From the NCBI GenBank assembly GCA_044892505.1, contig CM097884.1, positions 115,382,001 to 115,446,000 of the forward strand: a stretch of DNA of 64,000 bases, in the 5' to 3' direction. Every line of letters starts with the position of its first letter. Position 1 is the stretch's first letter. The notes beneath the pieces were generated by a model, which saw only the letters and a list, made by a program, of their open reading frames with translations, made no database searches and was not told where the DNA came from. The stretch is from Schmidtea nova (lineage: Eukaryota). Both the position numbers and the translations under genes were made by a program. Of this stretch, positions 1 through 11,473 are shown one piece after another.

Positions 1-1499
1 ATTTTAATTATTATTTAATTAATTTTAAAATATTTTAATAAGCGGGCGCGACAAATATAATGAATTGATTTTACGACTTTTATTCGTTTGTATTGAGAAG
101 AAATTACATTTAGTTTTGTGCTTCAAGAATAAATTTAATTATAATTAGAAATTTTAGATTTCTAGGGTGTGAAACAAACAGTAACAAATATGAACCGAAA
201 GATGGCTCGCTTTGAAAAACGAAACGAAGCTGAAATTAAAGAAATGAGCAGCTGAAACAAAGGCTTGGCAAGGTTATTCAACGGTTAAGACGCATGAATA
301 CAACGTGGTTTTTCACCTAGAAAATGAAAGTAGCACAAAATGGGCTTCAGAGGATGCAGAAGCAAAGTGATTAAAAATCATTAAAGCGTCGAATGGCGCA
401 GATTTCCATCAAAGAAAAGAGAAATAATCGGGAAATAAACTAACTCCGTGTCGAGCATAGTTTAGCGACAGACGCTCATACATCACCTTTCACTAATCTC
501 ACAGAAATGTGTCTGCCCGAAGCAGAGGATTATAAAGTAAAGAGACACAAGCCAAACAAAACTGAAAAAGTTCGCAACAAATGGTGACGCGATGCTTGAA
601 TATTAGAAATTTTTTCTTCTTTATTAGTACACCAATTTAATTTGACCTTAGAGTGATTTTCTTAGAAAATTCTGTACAGCTTAAGTTTTTGTTTTTTTGG
701 ATTGCTTATGAATGAATTAATTATTATTATATTTTTATATGAATTTAACATTTATTTATATTGATTTCTTAGTTAACCAGTTAGGAAGTAATTAGATGGT
801 GTCAGCAAGAGAGAAACTGGAATATTCTAAAATTTTTAAAGTTATTGGTTACAAAATATTGAAAAAGTGCAATTAAAAATTTAGAAAAGATTTTAAAATT
901 AAAAGTTAAAATTAAAAATTATTTCAAATTGCAAATAAAAAATGAATTTGGTAAATTTGTTTGAATATCATAACAAATTAAAACCAGTTAAGTTTTTTTA
1001 ATAATTGTGTATAAATAAATTTTATGGACTTATTTAGTGACTCAATTAATTGCCAATTTTCAAAGGATGAAAATCCTAATAATCAGTAAAAGGTTTATTA
1101 ACAATTATTTAAGCAATATAGTATTAAGGAAATATTCGAATAAACGTACTCTCAGCAAACATAGAAAATGATTTAGTAATTAAAGATGAAAGGATAATAA
1201 AATGAAGTGAGCATAAATCTTCTATCGACAAGCTATTGAACTCATTGAGATACTCGGTCAATTATAGTTCTGAAACAGCTCTCACTTTTTACGAGTATCC
1301 ATCGATTAGTAACATTACCAACGTTGATTTGTCACGGGTAACTAGTAAAATAAACGATTTTGTATAAAAAGTAATTAGCTAAATGTTGTATACTTAAGTT
1401 TGTTAAATGAACGAAACGATTTTTTAAAGAAGAAAAATTATTTATAATTAATTATAATATTCATGCACTAAACGAAGCGAATGCATTTATAAAATACGA

Positions 1500-1872
1500 T
1501 GCAGTTGCAGGTAGGCCAAGTGTTAAAGTTATTATTAATGGCCTACAAAGGAGATGTTTATTGGATATATGAGTTAAGATTAATGTTCTTGATCAGTCTA
1601 ATTAATGAAAATCAGTTCAATTAAAATGTTCTAATTACAGCTCTCTCAATATTGTCGAAACTATAATATTAAATGTTAAAATTCATGGAATGACTGAAAA
1701 TAAAGACATTCAGCTTTTGATTGCAGAAGAAATACCACCAAAAAGTATTGGTGGAATGAATATGTCAGAAAGATTTGCAATTCATTTGATTATAAATGAT
1801 ATCAAACGAACAAACGTTGTCACTCAATTACAAATACCAGATATAACTATAAATAGTATGGCAAAAAAATAA
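1500..1872 (+). pseudogene. Decayed Gypsy aspartic protease region (left part of the older element)
   Basis: Reads GRPSVKVIINGLQRRCLLDI*VKINVL, a degenerate LLDTGA protease motif, with stops. Confidence 0.5.
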
Positions 1873-2022
1873 CGGAAGGAATATTCGAGAATTAAGTAAT
1901 TAATAAATTGGCTATTATTAAATCTTCTAAACATGGGATCATTACATTTGTTGAGGATACCTAAATAATAAATAATATTATAGATAATTTAAATAACTTA
2001 GGGAAAATCGATAGATTGATTG

Positions 2023-5000
2023 TGGTGGGTTGTTGACCGTCAATATGACCTTGACGTTTCTATGGCTCTCATCAACAACCCAACACATAAAATGTTGAAA
2101 TTACCACCTTGTTACCCGTCACTATGTAACGTTGGTACTGTAACAAGTGGGTGGGTATTCGCAATCAGTGAGCGTCGTCAATACGAAACTATGATTGACC
2201 GAATATCTCCTGGGTCCAAGGGCTACCGATAGAAGGTTTCTTGCCCATTTTGTCCCTTCTTCGACGATTTATCTATAAGCTTTCAATAAAAATTTTCATC
2301 GGAAATTCAACATAAACACTCTGCATAACTATAAATTCATTAATACATCCAAATAAATTATTCCGAGCATCAAAACACTAATATAACCCTATATTTTACC
2401 AATATTGCATTTTATGATAATTAATACATAAAATTTTATATTTTTATAGAAAAATTTTGATCTGCAATTGAAATTTAAGAAAAATTTTTAATTATTACCG
2501 TAATTTAATCCAGTTTAGAAATAATAAAAATAAAATTTCCGTTTGTTTAAAATTGCTAATTTAATCAAAAGGACAAATTTACTCAATTTAAAAGTTATAT
2601 TAATTTTAAAGGTAATTTTATGAATTTTTCGCTAAATTGATAAATTAACTATTTCTCTAGTGCAGATCTACAAGAAATGGACCTTTCCAGAAACTACGAA
2701 GCCAGAGGAAAATTCTCCCACCCCAAACGGGTCAATCCGATTAGAACTCGAGCTCCTATGAAGCAAAATAGCCCGCTCTACCAACCAAGTAAAATTTTGA
2801 TTATTTCAGAATTATAATTTATTTTGATCAATTTTAGAAAATTTCTTGAAGAGAATATGTGGGAAATGGCCCTTCAAGTACTACAAACCAAAAAAATTCT
2901 TGCCGGGGACTCTTATCCCTCAAACTGAATTTTTATTAATAAATCTTTAAAAAAAAAAAATCTTTTCGTTTTTACTCTTTTTCGTTTGAGTTTTTATTAT
3001 TTTTATTAAAAATAAACTGTAATGTAAATGGCCTATTTGGCTGGGTATATACAATTTTATATGGTAGGTTTGAATAATAGAAATTTTTGTATGGTTTTTC
3101 TGGATGTATGTTGCCGACTAACATAACTGTGTAGAATTTTCAGTATTGTTTGCTTGTGTGTATATAACTATTGAATGCTAATAAATGATACGGTGTATGT
3201 GTGTATATTGTATTTTAAGTATACGTTGCTTGTGTATTAGCATGGGAAATGTTATTGAATGAAATGGATGTAATTTTTTGCAAATAGGGATGCATTATGA
3301 TTTTTGAGATATCGTGGGGGTATTTATAATATATATATATATAAATTATATAAAATATTTTTTTCAAAATTAAAATAATAATAATAATTTTTATATTAAA
3401 ATAATAATAATAATTTTTATAATACTTTTATAAATTTTAGATTTATAATTTTACGAAAATAATACCATAATAAAATTTCCAATTTTTATATTATAAATTT
3501 TTATAATACTTTTTATAAATTTTACATTTATAATTTTGTAAAAATATAATAATAAACTTTCTAATTTTTACAATACACATTTTCCTAATACTTTTTATAA
3601 ATTTTAGATTTATAATTTTATGAAAATAATATAATAATAAAATTTCTAATTTTTATAATACATATTTTTATAATACTTTTTATAAAAATTTTTTAATTTA
3701 TAATTTTATGAAAGTAATATAATAATAAAATTTCAATCTATAAATTTTATGGGGTTTAATATAAATTTTGATTTTTCAAATTCTCGGGAATTTTATGAAA
3801 TGATAAAATCTTTTATATATTAATAATATTAGGAACCAAATTTGGTTTACAATTTTTTCCATATAAAATCTTTTCAACATAATAAAAAGCAAATTTTTAC
3901 TTCTGATCCAAATGAAATGATAATAAATTTTTATCCATAAGTTCCGAAATCTAAATAAGCATTTAATCAAAAAAAAATTTTTATAGGCTAAATAAAGATA
4001 AAATAAAAATAAGTTATAAATTTTTCAACGAATGTTTTTAATATCAAGTAAAGTAAATTTCGGTTTTGTTGAGCATGAATTTCCCAATCAAAGTGTACGC
4101 GAATTTTTCGGGACACTTCACTTAGAAATTTCAGGCTCTCGAAAAACAAGATTCACAGGAAAACTTATTTAGACCATAATGAGCTTTAATTCAGATTAAA
4201 TCAATACTTGTTTCACAATTTATTTCACTTCATGAGCATTATTCTAGACTTGAGCATTATTTCGAACAATTTTCTTTTCATCATCAGCATCCATTTTTCT
4301 TGCATTTTCTTATGAGATGAACGTTGTTGAGAGTGTGAAGGTGAAGGTGAGTACGAGTCGATTTTTTAATCAATAATATTTCCTATTTTAGATTTCAAGA
4401 CATGAGGTAGAAATTATTATGTTGTATTACGAAATTGCTTATGTAGATAATAAAAATATGATACTCTATTATAATACAAATCATTAGTATAACAAAACCT
4501 TGCTCTTGGCCAAACCGCGGTTCCCCAGTTGGGATGACGCGAATTTGGATGTATGAGCCTCACCTTAAAGTGGAAATATGGGCTGGCCGATTACCAATCA
4601 GACAACGATCCACCCAGGCTACTAACAGATCCGCACAACTAAGGCTGGACGGATCGTCAGAAGATATGGGAGATAAAAAAAAAATTTTTATTCATTTTTC
4701 TAATTTTATTTAATTTGCTACTTGAAATAAAAACTTTTTGAGTGTATTGGGAATTTGTAACAAACAAAAGTTTTTCAAGAAAAATTGAGAATAAACTAAT
4801 CATTAAATATTTTAATAACATTATAATAAAAATACATGATCAATAAAATAATAAATAACATATTAAATAAAGGAGAGGAATGGGATGATCGTCAGGCATG
4901 ATAGACGACCATTCCAATCCCCAATGAGAATAACCAAAATCAAACAAATCCTTACGTTCCAAGCTCGAATTTTCTCAGATTTGTAACAATACGGCTTCCA

Positions 5001-5900
5001 GACGTTCGTAAAGGATTCGTAGTGTCTCCAAAAATCTTCCCGAATCAAATTGGCAAAATTATTAAATTTGAAATTCTTTCCCACAAACTCTTGTAGCAAA
5101 ATCTTTCAAAAAGAATTCTAAATTCTTGGCAGCAAAATTTTTCAAAAGAGTTCTAAATTCTTGGCAGCAAAATCTTTCAAAAGGATTCTTTTCTTTTCGG
5201 AAAAATTTTCACAAATTTTCACCAGATTCTGAGTTAGCAAAATAAAAGAAATAAGAATTTTTCCACACCAATCTGAGATCTGCCATTTTGATGGCGGTAT
5301 ATATACCATCAAATTTTCTCTATCTCCGGTAGTGCAATAAAACAAATTGTTCTAGAATTTTCTCTTAATTTTTTCTAAATTAATTCTAATGATTTTCCGA
5401 AAATTAATTCCATATTTTTGTATAATAATTTTTTATAAACTCTAAATAATTTATTTTAATTAAAAATTTTTATGTTTGAATCGAAATTTGTTCGATTTGA
5501 TTTAATTTATGATTTTCGATCCATATTAATTCTTTCTATTGTTAAATGTGAAATTTTGTGATAAATTCACAATTTTCTTCTAAAATTTTGTTAATTTTTC
5601 TGCACTGAAGATTTTATGACAAAATTCTGTTCCTTATGGGCACTCTCCATGGGTTTTTTGCCTATTCTAGCTTCCAAACATTCTGCTTTTAATTTTTCTC
5701 GCGATTTCAGTGAAAATATTTATAAATTCGCAGTTAGCGCGCATTCTACCGGTTGATGTGTTTTGATTTATCTTCACCTTTTGGTGTTTTCCACTTAATT
5801 GTTGGATTTTCAATGGAAGCTAAGGTTAAAATGGAATCTTGCGCGTTCTCTACCTATGGGGTTATCGCTTTATTAAAACACATTGCGTTTTGGCCCAACA
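2023..5900 (-). repeat. 3' LTR (3,878 bp)
   Basis: Copy of 22250-26127; duplicated ORF-track entries (3776/24003, 4863/25090, 5142/25369) share offset 20227; one substitution noticed by eye (2657 C vs 22884 A). Confidence 0.92.
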
Positions 5901-6639
5901 TAAAATACTCGGGGGCCCGCAAAAATTGCGTCCCGCAATTTCTCAGAGGGGTTAAGAACCAAGACTAATCAAAGGTCAAAAGGTTGTACATTATACACGA
6001 GCTACTTGGTCGTGATCATGCCGTTCGCGACAATAAAAATAAAAAGTTTAAAAAAAAAATTAATAAAATTATACATATACACAAATATGAGTCTACATCG
6101 ACTCGTAAGCAAAAAAATTAAATGTAATATATGTGCCTACAGCGGCTAATCAAAGTTCAATATGAGTCTACAACGACTCGGATAAAAGTTTTACCAAGTT
6201 TATTAAGTTTGTTGAATTATCAAATTCATTATTGAATTGGTTGGATCTTCGACTGGAATAGTTTGAATGACTCGGTATTGATCAATGGTTTCTTGTCATC
6301 TTCTCTTCGGGATTTCAAATGATTCTTTATTACATTGTTGATTTGGGTTTAATTGGCCTGATTTCTGGGTTTCTTTGAGATGACAATAAATTGTTGTGAT
6401 CATGGTGATTAGAAAAACTTCTCGGTACGATTTCATTGTTGATTTTTGTGTTTCCAATAGAAGAAAATTGAATAATGACGATAAATAATTTTTGCTATTT
6501 ACACGGGCGTTACGATTTTTTAAGCAGGGTTATGATTCAATGATGATGAAATATTGTTCAAGATGAGAATACAAATAAATAGATAGATTAAATGAATGGA
6601 AGAAAATACATGAATTGTCAAAAAGGGGATCGAATCGTA

Positions 6640-7464
6640 TTATTGTTTATAGAAGTAATTCATCTGCACCGAGGTTGTAGCTGTCTCAGGATTAGGCTGT
6701 TCTGGAACTGGATCTTCAAATATTGATCTTAGAAAATTCTCTGACGGGTTGTTGTCTTCATGGGTGATTCGCTTGATGGTATTCAGCTGGATTTTTGCTT
6801 TCTCTAATTTCATTTTTTCTAATCCGATTGATACAACAATGCTAAGGATCATTATGACCGCGAAAAGACTGATGCCTTGTAGAACGACTGTGATGGCTGC
6901 TTCTCGGTCCCTGACGTCTTCGTTTGTTGATCCTTGTTTAGGGATAATCTCCTTTTGCTTTTCGGGTAATATCAATTGTTTCATAATTCTCTCGGTCTGA
7001 TGAAGTTGACTTTTCAGTTTTTGATTTAACTCTTCTGTAAAACTTGATCTTTCCTCATTAACTTCATCTTTATTATTTAGAGATTTTTCTATTAACTTGC
7101 TCAATTTCTTTAGTTCGGTCGTTAACTGTTTGAAGGATGATTGGTTTTCGAGCTGTTTCTTTAGTTGAAGATTGTTTCTTTTGGTTAAGGAGATTTGTAA
7201 TTGGATTAATTGTTGAGTTTCATTTCTCAATTGTTTAAGGATGGTGATTGAATCTTCTCTGAGTTTAGGACATTGTTGACATTGTAATTGTATCTGTTGA
7301 CACTCCTCATTTCTGGTGCTACAAATTCCTTGATAGCTTACGCAAATGCTATCGGATCTTCTAAATGGATGGCTTGCTTGACATTGACTCAATGCTTCTT
7401 CGCTTCGGCAGTTTGTAATTATAAATATCATGATGGTTGTCGTGATCTTCATTAGATTGCTCAT
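6640..7464 (-). CDS. 274-aa predicted type I membrane protein (env position)
   Basis: N-terminal hydrophobic leader, Cys cluster, long coiled coil, TM-like ITVVLQGISLFAVIMILSIVVSIGL, ~55-aa tail; last ORF before the 3' LTR. Confidence 0.75.
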   Translation of the reverse strand: MSNLMKITTTIMIFIITNCRSEEALSQCQASHPFRRSDSICVSYQGICSTRNEECQQIQLQCQQCPKLREDSITILKQLRNETQQLIQLQISLTKRNNLQLKKQLENQSSFKQLTTELKKLSKLIEKSLNNKDEVNEERSSFTEELNQKLKSQLHQTERIMKQLILPEKQKEIIPKQGSTNEDVRDREAAITVVLQGISLFAVIMILSIVVSIGLEKMKLEKAKIQLNTIKRITHEDNNPSENFLRSIFEDPVPEQPNPETATTSVQMNYFYKQ

Positions 7465-7559
7465 TTTCTATAGATTTATAGATTCAAATTGGTTTAATGA
7501 TTTTTCAAATTTTCTCTTTTATATCTTTACAGGGATATTTACATGAGTTTATATATATT

Positions 7560-8135
7560 TTATTCTTTCCTCTCTTCATTTAGCTTTAACGGACTTTCTG
7601 GCTTCCAGTTTCCCATTCTTGCAATCTCGTCTGCTTCTTTTCGCCTTTGTTCTTTGAGGACGTAATTTTCTGCCGTTTTGATTTCTACAACTTTCTTTGC
7701 TTTGAATGTATCAAATTTTGCTTCTATGATTTCACTTTTCAACTTTATTATCTGTTTTTCTCTTTTGATAATCTTCTTCTGTTTGCTCTTCAATGATCGT
7801 TGTAATGACTCGATCTTAATTCTCCTTTTATTATCAGTGTTCTGTTCACTGCTTATTTCCCTTTTGAGTCTGTCAATCTCTTGCTTCTGTCTGTCGCAAT
7901 ATTTTTGAGTGAGACCATTTTGTTGGCGAAATAGATAATTTTCTCGCTTGATTATTTCCATCGTCTCGCACTCTTGCTCCATTTGTGCGATATATTTTCT
8001 ATCTTTGCTCACTACTTCCTTCAATTGGTCTATTTGGTCTTGATAATATTGCTCTGTTGCTCTTTTCCATTTTTTGAATCTTTCTTTTGATATCGTTTGT
8101 TGTTCTGGTTCTGATCTTTGCTTCAATAGTCTCAT
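7560..8135 (-). CDS. 191-aa basic coiled-coil orphan protein
   Basis: Intact ORF with the same cassette layout as its neighbours. Confidence 0.72.
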   Translation of the reverse strand: MRLLKQRSEPEQQTISKERFKKWKRATEQYYQDQIDQLKEVVSKDRKYIAQMEQECETMEIIKRENYLFRQQNGLTQKYCDRQKQEIDRLKREISSEQNTDNKRRIKIESLQRSLKSKQKKIIKREKQIIKLKSEIIEAKFDTFKAKKVVEIKTAENYVLKEQRRKEADEIARMGNWKPESPLKLNEERKE

Positions 8136-8397
8136 TTTCTATAATTTGAATTTTCATAACTCTTTTCTACAGTTTTATTAATTTTGTTTTTGTTTTTATC
8201 ATTTTTATCATTTTTATCATTTTCTAATTTTTATTTGTTTTTCATTTTTTCTAATTTTGATTGAATTTTTATTTTTTCTGCTTTTTATTTAATTTTTTGG
8301 ATATATTTTACAACTTTTCTTTTTACATTTCTTTACAACGTTTTCTTTTTACACTACATTTCAATTTCTTTTTACACTTTACATTCACTTTTATTAT

Positions 8398-9945
8398 TTA
8401 TACAAACGTCTCTTCAATTTCTCCGAACCCTTCGTCTTCGATTTGAGGATTTTCTTGCTCCAAATGTACAGGTTGTATTGGTGTTGGATATAGTGGCCAT
8501 AGAATTATTGGAGGTTGATTTTGTAGGCTCTGAACTCTTTCTCGCAAAGTTCTTGAGATTTCCATCTCTTCATCTAGCAAATATGTCATATAATCGAGTT
8601 CTTCACACAGCTGTTCCTTTTCTATCTCGAGCTCTCTCGTATTTTCCATATTTTTCAACCTTTCAATTTCTCTTTCATAGTTTTGGCGATTTTCTTCCAA
8701 ACTTTGGATAGCCATTTCAATCTCATACTGCGATTGCTGGATCGCTTTCTCACATTCGGCCTTTGTTTCTTCTATCTGCCGTCGCTGGTGTTGAATGACA
8801 ATGTCTTTATGCGTATTTGTTCCTCGATATCCGTTGACTTCACGGTTTGCAATAGTCAATTCGATTGTCAATTCTTCAATACTTCTATCATCCATATTCT
8901 TCTGTTGATCATATTGCCTATTTTCAAATTCCAGATATTTGATACGAGCTTCTTGATTCCTGGTGAATTTCATTCTCCTTTGATTCCATTCAGTTTTTAA
9001 TTGAACTTGCCTTCTTAATTCTTTGTTTTCTATCTCTTGCTTTTCTGCATTTTCCCACAATTCTGCTTCATTTATTGACATCAGCTTCTTTGGGAATTCT
9101 CGTAGTTCGTCTCGAGTTCTTTTCCAGGTCTTTTTCCATGTTCTGGCTTGTTCTATTAGCCACTTTATTTGATGCTTTGTGCTTCTTTCTCTGAACTGTC
9201 CGCTCGTTTTCAACTGGAATATTTCTTTTCTGAGTTTCTCCGTTTCCTCATGACGTATGTCTGCATACCAATGACATTCCTCTTTCAGAGCCTCGATTTG
9301 AACGTCTCTCCGTCTTAGTAATTCTTCGTGTAGCATTTTTCTGTGTCGAGCCATTTCCAATAAATCTTGGTGTTCTTGTTTCCATTTCCTAGCCTCTGCT
9401 TTAACCTTTCTAATGATCTTTTCTTGTTCGCTTTCAGGCTGGATTTCTCTCGTTCTCGTTTTAGGTTTCTTTTGAGGTTGTCCTCTCAAGGCAAATGCTT
9501 CATCTCGACACTTTTCCCATTTCTTTTTCATGGCTTCATATCTATTTCTTTCACTTTCTAGTTGCTGCTGATAGAATCTTATGGAGTTGTCATACCTTGT
9601 TTCGGTATCTCTTTTATAGGTTTCGAGCTCATCTTTTCTCAATCTTGCTTGATTTTTCAACGGTACCGACTTTCGTTGTTCGTGCTCGAGTTTTCTCTCC
9701 ATTTCTCTGTACTCTCGTTTATAATTGTCTAGTTCAGCTTCGATATGTGCCTTGTCGTTTATTAGCTTTCGCAATTCCTCGTTTTCCTCTTTTATTTTGT
9801 TGATCTCTTGGGTTCGTTTTTCAATCAATTTAACGTTCTCTTGGATGGCTTCCATTCTTTGTTCATAGCTTCTCATTTGATTTAGTTGTTCTTGTCTTTT
9901 GGCCATCTCCTGATCTAGGATGTCTATCAATTGTTGTATATTCAT
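8398..9945 (-). CDS. 515-aa long coiled-coil orphan protein
   Basis: Uninterrupted E/K/R/Q-rich heptad-like ORF with a Pro-rich acidic tail. Confidence 0.8.
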   Translation of the reverse strand: MNIQQLIDILDQEMAKRQEQLNQMRSYEQRMEAIQENVKLIEKRTQEINKIKEENEELRKLINDKAHIEAELDNYKREYREMERKLEHEQRKSVPLKNQARLRKDELETYKRDTETRYDNSIRFYQQQLESERNRYEAMKKKWEKCRDEAFALRGQPQKKPKTRTREIQPESEQEKIIRKVKAEARKWKQEHQDLLEMARHRKMLHEELLRRRDVQIEALKEECHWYADIRHEETEKLRKEIFQLKTSGQFRERSTKHQIKWLIEQARTWKKTWKRTRDELREFPKKLMSINEAELWENAEKQEIENKELRRQVQLKTEWNQRRMKFTRNQEARIKYLEFENRQYDQQKNMDDRSIEELTIELTIANREVNGYRGTNTHKDIVIQHQRRQIEETKAECEKAIQQSQYEIEMAIQSLEENRQNYEREIERLKNMENTRELEIEKEQLCEELDYMTYLLDEEMEISRTLRERVQSLQNQPPIILWPLYPTPIQPVHLEQENPQIEDEGFGEIEETFV

Positions 9946-10079
9946 TCTGAAATAATAATAACATGGGTAATTTCCTTTTGTTTATACATTTTTTGTTGCT
10001 CATGCTTATAAAATAATACTTGTATACATCGATTGAAATTAAAATCTTTACAATTTATTTACAAAGTTGTTTGATTGGA

Positions 10080-11249
10080 TTATTGGTCGGCATAACGGAA
10101 TCCCTTGATCCGTTTGTCGACCGGTTTCCTGCACATTGAGCACAATCTCAATTTATTGCTACAATTTCCACAAGCTAACAGATGTCCACACGGTAAATGA
10201 ATAACTTCTACTTTCTTTATCCAACAGATTGAACAGGGGTGTTTATTTAATATAACTTTCTTGATACATGATTCTGGGTTGACAACTTGGGATTTCCTGG
10301 TGAACTGTATTATAGCTTTGAAAAATTCTAGGGTTGATCCAAATGTTTCTCCATTTCTTCTCAATCTCTCTCTGATAACTTCTTTCACAAATATTTCGCT
10401 TTTGCCGGTACGTTCCATTGCCTTTTGAGTTCGTGGTTCGTCTAATATCTTATCTACTAATAATTCATTAACAGGCATCTCTGGGTTTTTATAATTGATC
10501 GGTTCTTCGTCTTCATATAATTCTTCTCCATATTTACAATATTCGTTGTGTTTCAGGTATTCTCCTTCTTCTTTTGGTAATTGATATTGTATTCCACACT
10601 CTGAACATTCAGCGGTTGATTCATTTATTGCATAAAAACCTTCTATTGCTAATCTGATACCCATCTTTTTATCTGCAAAGGTGTCAGTTCTCCCATTAAT
10701 CGTATATTTTGGATCAATTTCTATAAATCGTATCTTTGCTGGGCCTGTTGAAGTTATCGTTACTATTTTGGGTTTTTCTTCTTCATAATTGTTCATTGTT
10801 GCTGGTTTTCTTGGTTTTTCGCATGCCTTTAACACAAACTGGCACGTGGGTGAAAGTTTTCTATGTTCTGTTAGTGGATCATCGTTAATTCTCCAAGGTT
10901 CTATTTCAATTCTGCAAAATACACAAGTTACTTTATCGGGTTTCTCGATTGTCCCTGCAAAATACAAACCATCTTTGGCGAATTTTCTGTATTGCTTTTC
11001 ATAGAAATTGTCTTGTTGTAAAAAGGTTATATATCTTCGGTTCTCATTTTTCAACGTTTCATCGATAGTTTTGAATTTGCCATAATTTCTTTCCTTGGGA
11101 ACATTCGATATTGTTCGTGTAAATTGACAATAAATCAATTCTGAGGTAATTGGTTTTGACATCTTTTCTTTACCTCTTTTCATTAATTCGCATAAACTTT
11201 TGAATGATCTGTCATCTTCTCGTACTTTCACGATCTTCCTTTCAGTCAT
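10080..11249 (-). CDS. Inhibitor of apoptosis (BIR, degenerate BIR, UBA-like, RING)
   Basis: Canonical BIR DKVTCVFC...W...DDPLTEHRKLSPTCQFV; second BIR-like RTDTF...GFY...CSEC; C-terminal RING CSIC...LPCGHLLACGNC...CSMC. Confidence 0.93.
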   Translation of the reverse strand: MTERKIVKVREDDRSFKSLCELMKRGKEKMSKPITSELIYCQFTRTISNVPKERNYGKFKTIDETLKNENRRYITFLQQDNFYEKQYRKFAKDGLYFAGTIEKPDKVTCVFCRIEIEPWRINDDPLTEHRKLSPTCQFVLKACEKPRKPATMNNYEEEKPKIVTITSTGPAKIRFIEIDPKYTINGRTDTFADKKMGIRLAIEGFYAINESTAECSECGIQYQLPKEEGEYLKHNEYCKYGEELYEDEEPINYKNPEMPVNELLVDKILDEPRTQKAMERTGKSEIFVKEVIRERLRRNGETFGSTLEFFKAIIQFTRKSQVVNPESCIKKVILNKHPCSICWIKKVEVIHLPCGHLLACGNCSNKLRLCSMCRKPVDKRIKGFRYADQ

Positions 11250-11473
11250 TGTATCTACAATATTTTCTCCGTTATATTTTCACAATTTTTGTTTTCTATA
11301 TTTACAAAATTTTGATTTTTCTCATTTTTATATTTGATTTTTCGGTTTTTTCTCATTTTTATATTTCTTTTTGATTTTTATATTTTTTTGTGATTTTCTA
11401 ATTTTATTTTGTACATTATTATACAGATACTTTATTATAATACAGACATATTTACACTTTCTTTTCATCTTCA

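Noticed and set aside
2015-2022. Alternative boundary with a 6-bp TSD ATTGAT and an element start at 2021
   Set aside because: It requires a mismatch at the second base of the other LTR (TA instead of TG). The 4-bp ATTG reading gives exact TG...CA ends on both copies and a better terminal inverted repeat.
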